Of a stretch of 64,000 nt of DNA, positions 1 to 9,630 are shown one piece after another. The notes below the pieces were generated by a model. The model searched no databases. It was not told the DNA's origin and saw only the letters and a program-made list of their open reading frames with translations. The stretch lies in IMG/VR virus record IMGVR_UViG_3300049629_001293, positions 1-64,000 of that record; one strand, 5' to 3'. The stretch is from a virus (taxonomy: Duplodnaviria > Caudoviricetes). The translations under genes and the position numbers were made by a program. Numbering within the stretch: position 1 is the stretch's first letter; each line of letters starts with the position of its first letter.

Positions 1-14
1 CTGTTGAAAAGTAT

Positions 15-341
15 GTGACTGAACTGCGACAAAATCAGAAACAACCAACAGGAAAAGCTGGTCATACCGCAGGGAGTATGGCAGAGAGTGTAGATAATTT
101 AGCTACCAATTTAGCCAAACAAATGGCTCCAAAGGTTGTTGAGTTGACGGTAAAGAAACTTGAGGATGAGGTTATTAAAGAGCTATCAAAAGGTTTTGAA
201 ATGTTCATTATCAATGATTGTTTTAATCAACTCGGAATCATTATTGATGCTGAAATTCGAGAGGTTGAAAAAACTGATAACTTTCAAATCACTGGAGGTG
301 AAAACATTCTCGGTTACTTTGCGTTGCCGGAGGGCAAGTAA
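15..341 (+). CDS. hypothetical protein
   Basis: 108-aa ORF co-oriented with the downstream operon; start uncertain at the window edge. Confidence 0.5.
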   Translation: MTELRQNQKQPTGKAGHTAGSMAESVDNLATNLAKQMAPKVVELTVKKLEDEVIKELSKGFEMFIINDCFNQLGIIIDAEIREVEKTDNFQITGGENILGYFALPEGK

Positions 342-364
342 ACCAATCAAAAAACAATATCCCG

Positions 365-616
365 ATGTGGTTTTTCTTATGCACGGAGGGATTTGTTAAG
401 CAAAAAAACCAGGTACAAATTATGGTGTCATCTATCGCAAAAACAGCAAACAATATTAAGAAGTCAATGATTAACACAATCATACTCCTAATAATTGGAA
501 CGGGTATTGGAGGTGGTAGTGTCATCTGGATGCTACAAGCAAATGCAAACGGTATTTGCAGTCTACTCTCTGCAAAAAACCAATTCATTAACATAGTGCA
601 AAAGGACTCAAAATAA
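365..616 (+). CDS. small membrane protein
   Basis: Hydrophobic segment IILLIIGTGIGGGSVIWML; stop overlaps the next ATG; true start may be later. Confidence 0.5.
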   Translation: MWFFLCTEGFVKQKNQVQIMVSSIAKTANNIKKSMINTIILLIIGTGIGGGSVIWMLQANANGICSLLSAKNQFINIVQKDSK

Positions 617-1002
617 TGGATACAATTCTTCTCCCGTTGGTTCACGACAACCTGTCATGCGACACGGTGATTTCTCACAAAACCTTGGCACGACTTGGCA
701 CAAGCCTTGTCTTATGCCTTGTCTCGCCCTCTATGACAGGTCACGCCTTGGCACAACTCCCGCCAGGTTATGAGTTTCAACAGGCATATTTGCAAACAGA
801 AACTATGCCACAAAGACCGTGCCAAAACCGTCGAACCATCCAAGAATACGAATACACATTACCCCAAGAAAACCAAGAATATGAGCCACGTCAGTATCAA
901 CAGAATCCAGAGATTGCAGAACGCGGATACGGTGATTCAGGATTATCGGGGTACAGATTCAACATCGGAAGTCAAAACACAATCATCTTTAAGTTCTTCT
1001 GA
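616..1002 (+). CDS. hypothetical protein, possible signal/TM segment
   Basis: LGTSLVLCLVSP..HALAQ followed by a Q/E/Y-rich polar region. Confidence 0.5.
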   Translation: MDTILLPLVHDNLSCDTVISHKTLARLGTSLVLCLVSPSMTGHALAQLPPGYEFQQAYLQTETMPQRPCQNRRTIQEYEYTLPQENQEYEPRQYQQNPEIAERGYGDSGLSGYRFNIGSQNTIIFKFF

Positions 1003-1102
1003 GCTTAGACAAATGAAAAACAGAATCTTGTCACAGGACAAATGTTCTGATAAAGACCTCGAAAAACTTTCAATAATTAACGAATTACTAGGAGAAAAAA
1101 CG

Positions 1103-1294
1103 ATGAAGGTAGATAAATTTTTTGACAAGTTAAATGGGTGGCAGTGGTTAATAGTTGGAATTGTTGCAGGTTTGATTTATCAAAATATGGTAACAAGACC
1201 ACAGCCTCAAACATTACAGCCGCAAGTTTCACCCAACACTGTGATGACTCCTAATGGTGGTGCAGTGAATATGTACAAATTTGAAAACAATTAA
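1103..1294 (+). CDS. small single-TM protein
   Basis: AGGAG RBS before ATG 1103; WQWLIVGIVAGLIY hydrophobic helix with a Q/P-rich tail. Confidence 0.6.
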   Translation: MKVDKFFDKLNGWQWLIVGIVAGLIYQNMVTRPQPQTLQPQVSPNTVMTPNGGAVNMYKFENN

Positions 1295-1299
1295 AAACA

Positions 1300-1566
1300 A
1301 TGTCAAACAGAAAGAACGGAATCCATATCAATTACTATGAAGCTCCCTGTCAAAACTATCAACAACCAAGTGATGATTGCCAACAACAACCAAACCGGAA
1401 TGCTACATCATCAGGAATGTCTTCAAATATAATGCTTTTGCCAATAGGTTTTATATTCCTGATATTTATTTCACCTATTGTTGTAGGAGGAACAAGATAC
1501 ATTGAACGTCCTAGTCAACCATCGCCCGACATAATCATCAACAACAACAATAAAATGCAGCGATGA
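1300..1566 (+). CDS. small single-TM protein
   Basis: IMLLPIGFIFLIFISPIVVGG hydrophobic helix. Confidence 0.6.
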   Translation: MSNRKNGIHINYYEAPCQNYQQPSDDCQQQPNRNATSSGMSSNIMLLPIGFIFLIFISPIVVGGTRYIERPSQPSPDIIINNNNKMQR

Positions 1567-1720
1567 CAAATTTGTACACGAAAAAGGAAATGATGTTTTG
1601 GATAGTAGTTTGGTTCTTAACTTATCTCCTTTGCTTACAAAGAGGGGGTGCTGATATTGTTGATAATCGCACCCCAGACAATACCGGAGCTTTCTGTCAA
1701 GCCTACGCTCAAGGGGATTT

Positions 1721-1855
1721 ATGATAACGATAAACCATAGATTCATTATCCAATGGATGATTTTTGGAATCATTCTTTACCTGACAATCCCCCCTTTAGT
1801 CGCAATTCACAACAACATTGTTTGTAACAGATATTATGGACTTCACAAAAAATAA
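1721..1855 (+). CDS. 44-aa membrane peptide (below the ORF-track cutoff)
   Basis: Manual translation MITINHRFIIQWMIFGIILYLTIPPLVAIH...; AAGGGG upstream. Confidence 0.45.
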   Translation: MITINHRFIIQWMIFGIILYLTIPPLVAIHNNIVCNRYYGLHKK

Positions 1856-1988
1856 ACAGAATTTGATTTGGTTAGGAATTGCAGCCGTTGCAGCAGCATT
1901 TTTCCTTTATTCAGGAAAGATTAACCTACCTAACCAACAGCAATCACAGTCACCGCAACACCAGACACCAGGAGCTTTGAAATGGTAA
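1836..1988 (+). CDS. 50-aa membrane peptide (below the ORF-track cutoff)
   Basis: Manual translation MDFTKNKQNLIWLGIAAVAAAFFLYSGK... with a Q/P-rich tail; overlaps both neighbours. Confidence 0.55.
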   Translation: MDFTKNKQNLIWLGIAAVAAAFFLYSGKINLPNQQQSQSPQHQTPGALKW

Positions 1989-2278
1989 ATGATTATCCAG
2001 AGATAGTTTCGTTATTGATTGAACAAGCAAAATCAACTTTTAAACCCAAAGATGTAATGCTTGACCCTGATTGGGTGACTAACACACTTTTCACTTATCA
2101 ACAAATGCCAGAATATTCACCCATGTCTGAAACACATCAAGATTGTGTTTGGGGTGCTGAGAGTATCAAGCCTCGCTCTGAGTGGAATATCACCAAAGAG
2201 CAAAATGAGATTTCAGTTAAAAGATGGAAAGAAAAATGGATGGCTGAACGTAAACAAAAATATGCTCAAAGATTTTAA
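1982..2278 (+). CDS. hypothetical protein, 'YPEIV' paralog family
   Basis: Aligns by eye with 6734..7006 (DYPEIV, WVT.TLF.YQ, DCV..E..PR.EW.IT). Confidence 0.7.
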   Translation: MVNDYPEIVSLLIEQAKSTFKPKDVMLDPDWVTNTLFTYQQMPEYSPMSETHQDCVWGAESIKPRSEWNITKEQNEISVKRWKEKWMAERKQKYAQRF

Positions 2279-2813
2279 ATGTGCAGCTACCTATCTGGGA
2301 ATAATGTGGGCTTTGGAAATGTTTTTCCCAGAATTTGATTATTTTGGAATCAGACCAGGAGTGGAAGGCATAGGAATGTTGGGAATTATATTCTCGCCAT
2401 TCCTACACGGAGACCCCCAACACTTGATAGGGAACACAGTCGGATATTTGCCATTGGCAACCCTGACAATTTTCAAAGCCCCTGGAAAATTTAATTACAA
2501 CTTTTGGGTGATTTCAATAATTGAAGGCTTTGGTGTTTGGTTCTTTGGTCAACCTGGTTCAAATCATATAGGAGCAAGCGGGGTGATATATGGTTTTTTT
2601 GGATTTTGTCTTCTTAGTGCTGTCTTTCGTCTTGATTTTCCTAATCTGGTATGCGCTGTCATTACCTGGATAATATTCCAAAATTTAATCGGCGGAATGC
2701 TGCCATCGGTTGCCCAAGGGATTAGTTGGGAAGGTCATCTGGCAGGGTTTATTGGTGGTGCGATAGCGGGGTATTTAGATGCAAATTCTCAAAGAAAATT
2801 GGAGGCAAATTAA
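2262..2813 (+). CDS. rhomboid-family intramembrane serine protease
   Basis: PFLHGDPQHLIGN, GASG catalytic Ser motif, EGHLAGFIGG catalytic His, multiple TM helices. Confidence 0.9.
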   Translation: MLKDFKCAATYLGIMWALEMFFPEFDYFGIRPGVEGIGMLGIIFSPFLHGDPQHLIGNTVGYLPLATLTIFKAPGKFNYNFWVISIIEGFGVWFFGQPGSNHIGASGVIYGFFGFCLLSAVFRLDFPNLVCAVITWIIFQNLIGGMLPSVAQGISWEGHLAGFIGGAIAGYLDANSQRKLEAN

Positions 2814-3080
2814 ATGTATTTGCAACAATCTGAAACCCAGACCTCCCCCCAGATAACAGGATTGATGGTATTTAATTGGTCAATGGGTTTGCTGAGTTTA
2901 TTGTTAGTTGGTTTGATAACTTCTGAAGTTGTCAGGCTAATCAATAAACCAACAGAGGAGTTTCAAAAGTTTGTAGCCGTAGCCAACCTTTCAGGTTATG
3001 AAAAATGCCTGAAAAACAAAGGTGGCGAAGGGTGCAAAGAACAGCTAATTATTGAATGGAGAAAAAGAAATGGCAACTAA
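2814..3080 (+). CDS. single-TM protein
   Basis: Hydrophobic MGLLSLLLVGLIT segment; directly adjoins the rhomboid stop. Confidence 0.6.
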   Translation: MYLQQSETQTSPQITGLMVFNWSMGLLSLLLVGLITSEVVRLINKPTEEFQKFVAVANLSGYEKCLKNKGGEGCKEQLIIEWRKRNGN

Positions 3081-3585
3081 ATTAGACGGTTTACGCAATC
3101 GTTTTTCAACTGGAAACATTATCAAAGAAGCTGGCACGGGCGCTAATTTCTCTAAAGTGATGAGTCCAACAGGAAAAGGTGATATCACCCCCTATACCCG
3201 TGAACGCTCCTATGCAGGAACCGATGAATTTGACCAACAGTTTAATATTTCTGACCGAGTTAACCCATCTGAAAATGAAGCTAAGGGAGCTAAGATTATT
3301 GCCGAAAATGCAATCAAAGCAGCATCAAATAAAAAGGTAATTGTCGAAGCTCAATTGAAAGTTGACAAAGCACGGACTGAGTGGTACGAAGCTGACCAAC
3401 AATATGTTAAAGGTGTGGCAGAAGGTTCATTGAAACGTTTTGAGGAAAAGATTCAAACTCAAAAAATGTTAGATGGTCAAGCTCCTAAATATATGCAAAT
3501 CGTTGGTAATTACGCTAACGAAAATGTAGGGGCTGTTAACGTGATGCGCCAGTTGGACAAAATTGAAAACTCGATGAAACTGTAA
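3070..3585 (+). CDS. hypothetical helical/coiled-coil protein
   Basis: GGAG RBS before ATG 3070; operon-coupled. Confidence 0.65.
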   Translation: MATKLDGLRNRFSTGNIIKEAGTGANFSKVMSPTGKGDITPYTRERSYAGTDEFDQQFNISDRVNPSENEAKGAKIIAENAIKAASNKKVIVEAQLKVDKARTEWYEADQQYVKGVAEGSLKRFEEKIQTQKMLDGQAPKYMQIVGNYANENVGAVNVMRQLDKIENSMKL

Positions 3586-3621
3586 ATTTATTTGGGGGTG
3601 AAACATTCCCCCAATCAAAAC

Positions 3622-3975
3622 ATGAAACTATGGAAAGTCAAAAAGTTTTCAATCTTTGGAACAGGTTTATCTTGTTCCTTTTTGTTATCACATTTTGCTT
3701 TGCTTTATCCTGAAGCTAGAGTATTGCTAATTTGTCTTTATCTGGGTTTGATTGTTGGTAGTGTTATTTTATATTTAATTTCTGATAATCAAGATACTGT
3801 AAACTCTGATGAATTAGTTTTTGGTGCTATAGCTTTATTGATTGGTGTTTTTTATGCTTTAGGAATAGGTCAATCTTGGATAGTTTTAAGATTATTATTA
3901 TGGATTTTATTGTTGATTGTCACTGTTTCAATTTGGATATATTTCACATTACCTCAACCTGAAAACAATGAATAA
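3622..3975 (+). CDS. multi-pass membrane protein (~4 TM)
   Basis: Four hydrophobic stretches; overlaps the ATPase start. Confidence 0.7.
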   Translation: MKLWKVKKFSIFGTGLSCSFLLSHFALLYPEARVLLICLYLGLIVGSVILYLISDNQDTVNSDELVFGAIALLIGVFYALGIGQSWIVLRLLLWILLLIVTVSIWIYFTLPQPENNE

Positions 3976-5860
3976 CACCCCTGAACATTTAAAAAATCCT
4001 CACCTGTCAGCATGGGCATTGGGATTAACAATTGCTGGTTGTAGTTTAGCGATGTTTTCACCTTTGGCAATCAACAAAAACCCACAATTAGGGATTGTTG
4101 GCACGTCTGCGGGTGCAGTGCTATCCATTGCGGGGTGGGTGATGGGGAGTCAATCAGAGAAATCAATCAAGCTACAAGCCAAGGTAGAGGAGCAAACCGA
4201 GGCTATATTCCTGCGGCGGTTGGGGATGGAATATGAGTTAGAAAAATTTAGGGATATTAGATATTTGAACGAAAGTCAGCAAGCGATCGCGCAGCCTAAA
4301 AGCCATGATCAAACATTACCACCATCGCAACAAAGAAGGTCGGATGACAATGAAGGGAATCTTCACCGGAGTCAATTGATGGTTTTAGACCGAGAGAGTC
4401 CTGTGGAATATAATCAAGAGAATCATGATATCTATTCAGATGAACTATCATTTATTCCTTGCGATATTCCCTCCAATCATATCTTAAACTTCTATAACTG
4501 GGATAAGTTAGCCGATGAGTCTTCAGGAATATTAATCGGGGGAAATTCTGGGAGCGCAAAAACATCTCTAGGTGCTGGTTTCGTGATTGGCAAACTAACT
4601 GAGCATAAACCCGCCGAGGTGATTGTTTTGGATATCCACGCTTCAAAAAACCCTATCTGGCAACAAATGGGTTTCCCTAGGGTTGAATCAGATGTTGAAA
4701 TAATTTATCAGATTTTGTGCTGGCTAATTGAAGAAGTCGAAAACCGAAAAGAAAAAGACGGGCATTCTATCATTGTCTGCTTGGATGAAATCAATGATAC
4801 GATGTCCGAGTTAGCACAATTAGACACTATCAAACCATTGCAAAACAAGGAAAAAAGAGTTAAGACTTTTACTTATGCGATTCGGAAACTTTCTAATGCT
4901 AGAAAGTTTGATATTTGTTTAATCGGTTTCATGCAAAGTCATAACACCGAAGCCATAGGAATTGATGGGAAGTTTAGAAATAATTTCCTTTTAATTCTTT
5001 GTGGTGCTAGTGCTAGGAGTGAGATTCAAAACTTGTGGAAACATGACACCCCTGAATTTCAGTACATCCAAAGTGCTGCCTATCCTGTTGTTGTTTGTGG
5101 TTCTAATCAGCATCAAATCGCAGAACACCCAACGCATAAACATCATCTTGAGTATAGAAAAAAAGGCAATGCTCCTGATGGTTTATTAAATCCTATTTTT
5201 TTAAATAAACCAATAGATGTTAAAATAGTTCCATCACCTAATATCAATCTAAAAAAAGATGATGTTCCTAAAGTGCTACAATCAATAAATCCCTTAGATT
5301 GTAATACCTGGCAATCAATAGATTATCCCAGTGGCTTGCAATGGCTACCACAACACGAGGCGGGAGTATATTGTGTATTTGTTAGCGGTTATCAAAACCC
5401 TCTTTATGTAGGTCAATCTAAAGACCTTTGGAGACGTTGGAACAATAAAGGTGACTGGGAACATCATGTTAAAAAACATCTTGAATCAATTGGTGATGTA
5501 TCGGTGAAAATAGCTTTTTACATCACAAAAAATTGGGATGAGCAAAAACGTTTAACTCTTGAGTCAGAATTACAAGCTAAATATAAACCTTCGTGGAATG
5601 GAACAGCTAACAAAACATTACCCGATAAAACACTTTCTGAATCGGCTCAAGCGGTGTTTAATTTCATCAAGGAAATATTTAAGGGTGAACCTATACCAGC
5701 CCGTGACTGTTACCGCAAATCATCACTCAGAACTCAGTTTGGATTAAATGCTGAAACTACTGAGTTGATATTTGATGAATTGCAAAATTTTGGTTTAGGT
5801 CAAAAACTAATCAAGGAAATTAATGGTTTCAGAAGTGTTAACTTTTTACCTGATATGTAG
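3968..5860 (+). CDS. membrane-anchored FtsK/HerA-like P-loop ATPase with a C-terminal GIY-YIG domain
   Basis: Two N-terminal TMs; Walker A GNSGSAKT; Walker B IIVCLDE; ARKFDICLIGFMQS; GVY..(x)..YVGQS..L..RW GIY-YIG motif. Confidence 0.75.
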   Translation: MNNTPEHLKNPHLSAWALGLTIAGCSLAMFSPLAINKNPQLGIVGTSAGAVLSIAGWVMGSQSEKSIKLQAKVEEQTEAIFLRRLGMEYELEKFRDIRYLNESQQAIAQPKSHDQTLPPSQQRRSDDNEGNLHRSQLMVLDRESPVEYNQENHDIYSDELSFIPCDIPSNHILNFYNWDKLADESSGILIGGNSGSAKTSLGAGFVIGKLTEHKPAEVIVLDIHASKNPIWQQMGFPRVESDVEIIYQILCWLIEEVENRKEKDGHSIIVCLDEINDTMSELAQLDTIKPLQNKEKRVKTFTYAIRKLSNARKFDICLIGFMQSHNTEAIGIDGKFRNNFLLILCGASARSEIQNLWKHDTPEFQYIQSAAYPVVVCGSNQHQIAEHPTHKHHLEYRKKGNAPDGLLNPIFLNKPIDVKIVPSPNINLKKDDVPKVLQSINPLDCNTWQSIDYPSGLQWLPQHEAGVYCVFVSGYQNPLYVGQSKDLWRRWNNKGDWEHHVKKHLESIGDVSVKIAFYITKNWDEQKRLTLESELQAKYKPSWNGTANKTLPDKTLSESAQAVFNFIKEIFKGEPIPARDCYRKSSLRTQFGLNAETTELIFDELQNFGLGQKLIKEINGFRSVNFLPDM

Positions 5861-6364
5861 TAGAATAATGGTAAAATTATCATAAAACAAAAACAAGAAA
5901 AAATAATGAAAAAACTGTTTTTATCACTATTGACTGTTACATTATTGAGCGTATCTTTTGCTAATTCATGTTTAGCTAATGCAAATAGAACGATATTTAA
6001 TCGTTCAGGAAATAGTTTGGCTAATGCAAATAGAACGATATTTAATCGTTCAGGAAATTATTTAGTTTTTATATCAAAAAACAAAAAAACACAACACATA
6101 ATAAAAAATCCTTTAGATATACCTCAACAATTAAACATCACTTCAGATATCCCTTTTCGTGTTATTTGTGAAAAAGATTACGGTGCAGACTATTGTTCAG
6201 GATATTTTGATAGAAGTTATCGAGTGATGAAACCAAATGAATCAATAATTGTCGAATTTTATGATTTATATGGTGGGATAAAAAATACATTAGCTATTTC
6301 TTTTTCCAATCTAAAATAATAAAAAATTAAAACTATTTTACTTTTTACCTGATATGTAGTAGAA
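5841..6364. repeat. 25-bp direct repeat flanking the 5906..6319 gene
   Basis: ACTTTTTACCTGATATGTAGTAGAA at 5841-5865 and 6340-6364. Confidence 0.9.
5906..6319 (+). CDS. putative secreted protein (AT-rich moron)
   Basis: MKK plus hydrophobic signal peptide; internal 14-aa duplication LANANRTIFNRSGN. Confidence 0.7.
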   Translation: MKKLFLSLLTVTLLSVSFANSCLANANRTIFNRSGNSLANANRTIFNRSGNYLVFISKNKKTQHIIKNPLDIPQQLNITSDIPFRVICEKDYGADYCSGYFDRSYRVMKPNESIIVEFYDLYGGIKNTLAISFSNLK

Positions 6365-6403
6365 CCTTTGATTTATCCTATAAGCAAAGCAAAACACAAG
6401 CCC

Positions 6404-6733
6404 ATGAATTATCCCGAAGTAGTCGAATCAGTCTACAGTCAAATCCTGTTAATCCCAGAACCCAATCCCATCCCCAAAAACAAAGACTTTATTTTGATGG
6501 CACTCTATCACCGGACGACAAACCCTAAAGCCAAATACCCCCGTGAAGGGGCTGTCAAAACCATTCTTGATCTTGGTTTAGAGTTTGCTCCTGTTGAGGA
6601 TTGGAACATCAGCTTAGAGGATTACAACGCCGCCAAACTAAACCAACAAACCCGATGGTTGGCGTGGCGAGAGGGGCTAACACCTGTTAACTCAGGGATG
6701 AAGAAAACTATAGATAATGAACAGGAGTTTTAA
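6404..6733 (+). CDS. hypothetical protein, distant 'YPEIV' family member
   Basis: MNYPEVVE start and P.EDWNIS motif. Confidence 0.6.
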   Translation: MNYPEVVESVYSQILLIPEPNPIPKNKDFILMALYHRTTNPKAKYPREGAVKTILDLGLEFAPVEDWNISLEDYNAAKLNQQTRWLAWREGLTPVNSGMKKTIDNEQEF

Positions 6734-7006
6734 ATGAAAAAGTCCAAACCAAAATCAGACTATCCAGAGATTGTCGAGTTAGTTGTTGATACTGCCAGAA
6801 AGCGCGGCGGGAATCAATTATTAACAGATGTCAATTGGGTAACTAAGACCTTGTTCAAATATCAGAATGGTGTGATTCCCTTGACTGATACCGACTCCGA
6901 TTGCGTCAGGATTGGAGAGGAGTTAAGACCCCGTTATGAGTGGCAGATCACCAGAGATCATGTAGCTTTTGCTAATCAGAATAGTATTAAGAAGGGATGG
7001 AAATAA
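6734..7006 (+). CDS. hypothetical protein, 'YPEIV' paralog family
   Basis: Paralog of 1982..2278; AGGAG RBS. Confidence 0.7.
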   Translation: MKKSKPKSDYPEIVELVVDTARKRGGNQLLTDVNWVTKTLFKYQNGVIPLTDTDSDCVRIGEELRPRYEWQITRDHVAFANQNSIKKGWK

Positions 7007-7578
7007 TGATCAATACTTTCATCGGAATTGACCCAGGCAAAACCGGAGCGATCGCTATCATTTCTCCATCGGGAATCAAACTCATTGATTGTCCAGTTAT
7101 TGAGATTAAAACTAAGGTTAAAAGCAAAAAGCCAAACCTCACGCTATTTGATCAGGTTGCGGACAAGGGAACAGTCAAGTCCAAGGCCAAGGCCAAACCC
7201 AAAACTAAAATCACAACGAAGTCAAGCCCTGCATTAATGGCATCGGAGTTAGCACAGTTGGCTACCTCAAACTCAATAATCGCCATAGAGAGCGTTCATT
7301 CAATGCCAGGACAGGGAGTTAGATCAACCTTTGATTTTGGGACGAATTTTGGCATTTGGTTGGGAGTGATCGCAGCGTTAAATATTCCTATGGAGTTGGT
7401 GACCCCTCAAGAATGGAAAAAACACTATGGCTTGATAGGGAAAGACAAGGACGCATCAAGGATTATTGCGGTGCAATTATTCCCCCAGATGGCCATGGAA
7501 TTAAAGCTCAAGAAATACAACGGGCGGGCCGAGGCACTTCTCCTTGCTGAATATCTGCGACGCAAAGCAGGAGGCTAG
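6997..7578 (+). CDS. RuvC-like Holliday junction resolvase
   Basis: FIGIDPGKTGAIA, IAIESVH, TPQEWKK, GRAEALLLA motifs. Confidence 0.85.
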   Translation: MEIMINTFIGIDPGKTGAIAIISPSGIKLIDCPVIEIKTKVKSKKPNLTLFDQVADKGTVKSKAKAKPKTKITTKSSPALMASELAQLATSNSIIAIESVHSMPGQGVRSTFDFGTNFGIWLGVIAALNIPMELVTPQEWKKHYGLIGKDKDASRIIAVQLFPQMAMELKLKKYNGRAEALLLAEYLRRKAGG

Positions 7579-7588
7579 GACAAAGCAA

Positions 7589-7801
7589 ATGGGAGATATT
7601 AAAATCTTTAACAAAGATGGTTTTCTAAATTTCGTGGAAGGTAATCTAGCGTCTGCCGAGGATTATAAAAAAGCAGATCGGTGTCAAGGATCTGTTTTTG
7701 AAGCACTGAAACCAGGCTATTTAGTAGAACTCCAAGATGGAATATTTGTTTTAAATAAAGACATGGATATTCGGCGCGAGGTCAGTTGTGGCGATATATG
7801 A
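7589..7801 (+). CDS. hypothetical protein
   Basis: AGGA RBS before ATG 7589; last gene before a terminator. Confidence 0.5.
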   Translation: MGDIKIFNKDGFLNFVEGNLASAEDYKKADRCQGSVFEALKPGYLVELQDGIFVLNKDMDIRREVSCGDI

Positions 7802-7816
7802 TTAATAGCTAAATAT

Positions 7817-7850
7817 AAACCCCGTCCAAAATACTGATGGACGGGGTTTT
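7817..7850. terminator. intrinsic (likely bidirectional) terminator
   Basis: AAACCCCGTCCA-loop-TGGACGGGGTTTT between convergent genes. Confidence 0.75.
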
Positions 7851-7911
7851 GTTTTTATGGATTAACTACCGACTGCGCTAGAACTGAGTACGGAATTGAT
7901 TTATCCTTTCG

Positions 7912-8217
7912 TCAAACTAATTCTAATTCGTGAATTCTTGCCGACAAATCTTTAGTCCATTTTTCCCAGTCGTGGGTTTGACCATATTTGGATCGAAAAT
8001 AATCATGCTCTGACTGAATCAGAGAAATTAGATTATTAGGGAAGCACCCATCAACCCCAAATGCTGACACGGGGAACCCTTCGGGATTGTATTCGGGGCT
8101 GTATTGATAAGTTGTCGCCATTAACGAGATGGCATCCCCAGATACTTTAAACACGGGAGTATTCCAGTTTTCTTTGAATTTTGCTCTCATTAAGTCAATT
8201 GCTGTGTAACTATCCAT
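7912..8217 (-). CDS. hypothetical protein
   Basis: 101-aa ORF with GGAG RBS. Confidence 0.6.
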   Translation of the reverse strand: MDSYTAIDLMRAKFKENWNTPVFKVSGDAISLMATTYQYSPEYNPEGFPVSAFGVDGCFPNNLISLIQSEHDYFRSKYGQTHDWEKWTKDLSARIHELELV

Positions 8218-8283
8218 GATTTTGTCTCCGAGTGTTTAACCTTGACCTGTTACTAATATCCCATAGGTCTTAAAGAATGAATG

Positions 8284-8523
8284 TCAAGCCTTTTCCAGAA
8301 ATTTTTTATAGATTTCCTGAAACTCGGACGGTGACAGCATCCCACGCCCTAACCTCTCTATGAGTTCGGCACGAGACAAGCCAAAGGACGCTGACAGGAC
8401 TTTAAGACCGTCCCACGCGACATCGGTGATGTTTATGCCCTTAGAAGTTTTGATTGTGGCGTAGTCACGGGGTTTCCCTCTGCCTCTTTTTGTGTCCATA
8501 ATTATTTTAATTTGGGTTGACAT
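8284..8523 (-). CDS. ribbon-helix-helix (CopG-like) DNA-binding protein
   Basis: GINITDVAWDGLKVLSASFGLSRAELIERLGR pattern. Confidence 0.65.
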   Translation of the reverse strand: MSTQIKIIMDTKRGRGKPRDYATIKTSKGINITDVAWDGLKVLSASFGLSRAELIERLGRGMLSPSEFQEIYKKFLEKA

Positions 8524-8571
8524 ATTTATTATAACCTGTGCTATGATTATATTATATCACGGGAGGATTAT

Positions 8572-8883
8572 ATGACCGAGCGTAAACAGTGGGCAGGGTT
8601 TTGGGAATACTCTGGAGTTGGAGGCGGTGGAGCCGACAAGGGAAACCCAAACAAATATGGATATCCGATGGAGTTAATCCGTTGGTTGTCAAATCATTAT
8701 CAACAATTCCGATCTTGGAATGTTGAAATTAAAATCGGGGCTCCCCATCATCTTGATGGAAAATTTGGGAAAAATCTCAAGGTTGGAGCCATCAAAGAAG
8801 TTTGGGAACAAGCCAAGCAGGAATTTGAATTAGCAAAAAACAAAGGAGAATCATGGGTGAAGCAAAGCGACGGAAACAGTTAA
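8572..8883 (+). CDS. hypothetical protein
   Basis: GGAGG RBS; TTGACA at about 8517 upstream. Confidence 0.6.
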   Translation: MTERKQWAGFWEYSGVGGGGADKGNPNKYGYPMELIRWLSNHYQQFRSWNVEIKIGAPHHLDGKFGKNLKVGAIKEVWEQAKQEFELAKNKGESWVKQSDGNS

Positions 8884-9278
8884 ATCCTGAAGGGTTTAGG
8901 AAAGTCTCAGCAACTATCGACGGCAAAAAGTTATTAGTTGACCATTTGAAAATTGAAAGTTATTTTACCGACCCCGATCTAATTGATTGGGTTGAAAACT
9001 TGCTGCCAGACACTTGTAAGAAAAAATTAAGGATTAGAGTACCGAATACATTGACAGGGCTTGGATCTGCCATAGTAAAAGGGAAAGATCCCAAGAAACT
9101 TTATGCAGGGTGGGAACCCAAAATATCAAGGGTTCCATACATGGGATTCCGGCTCTCAAGTGGAAGATTATGGGTCAATCCTAGTTACCCAGGACTACCC
9201 CCTGATTGTAATATTTTGGAATCATGGGTTGATCTCGAAAACCATGTCCCGATCTGGCACAAGTCCATCTGGGATTAG
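8853..9278 (+). CDS. hypothetical protein with MGEAKRRK N-terminus (DUF2839-like start)
   Basis: MGEAKRRKQL N-terminus; AAGGAG RBS. Confidence 0.6.
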   Translation: MGEAKRRKQLNPEGFRKVSATIDGKKLLVDHLKIESYFTDPDLIDWVENLLPDTCKKKLRIRVPNTLTGLGSAIVKGKDPKKLYAGWEPKISRVPYMGFRLSSGRLWVNPSYPGLPPDCNILESWVDLENHVPIWHKSIWD

Positions 9279-9630
9279 GTTACAAAATTTTATAAGCAAA
9301 TCCGTCCGATTGTGCTTATAATAGAAAAACGGTCGGGGTGAAAACTTTCTTCTGTTTTCGCCTTGTCGTGTCCCACCAGTTATAGGAAGATTGATATGAA
9401 AATTCCCAAAGAAAAACCCCGTCCTGAGAAGACGGGGGATTCAAAAACACCAAGAGAACGAGTCGAAATCTTTTTTAAAAACAGCAAGGACAAAAGCCAA
9501 TTCATTAAAGTATAACAAAGATATCTTGAAAAAACAAGAGTCTTTGCAAAATATTTTATGAATTGGCGATCGCACGGTCAACTAACTCCTTTTCAAACTT
9601 AAACCCCACGATACTAGAGGGATCAACACT

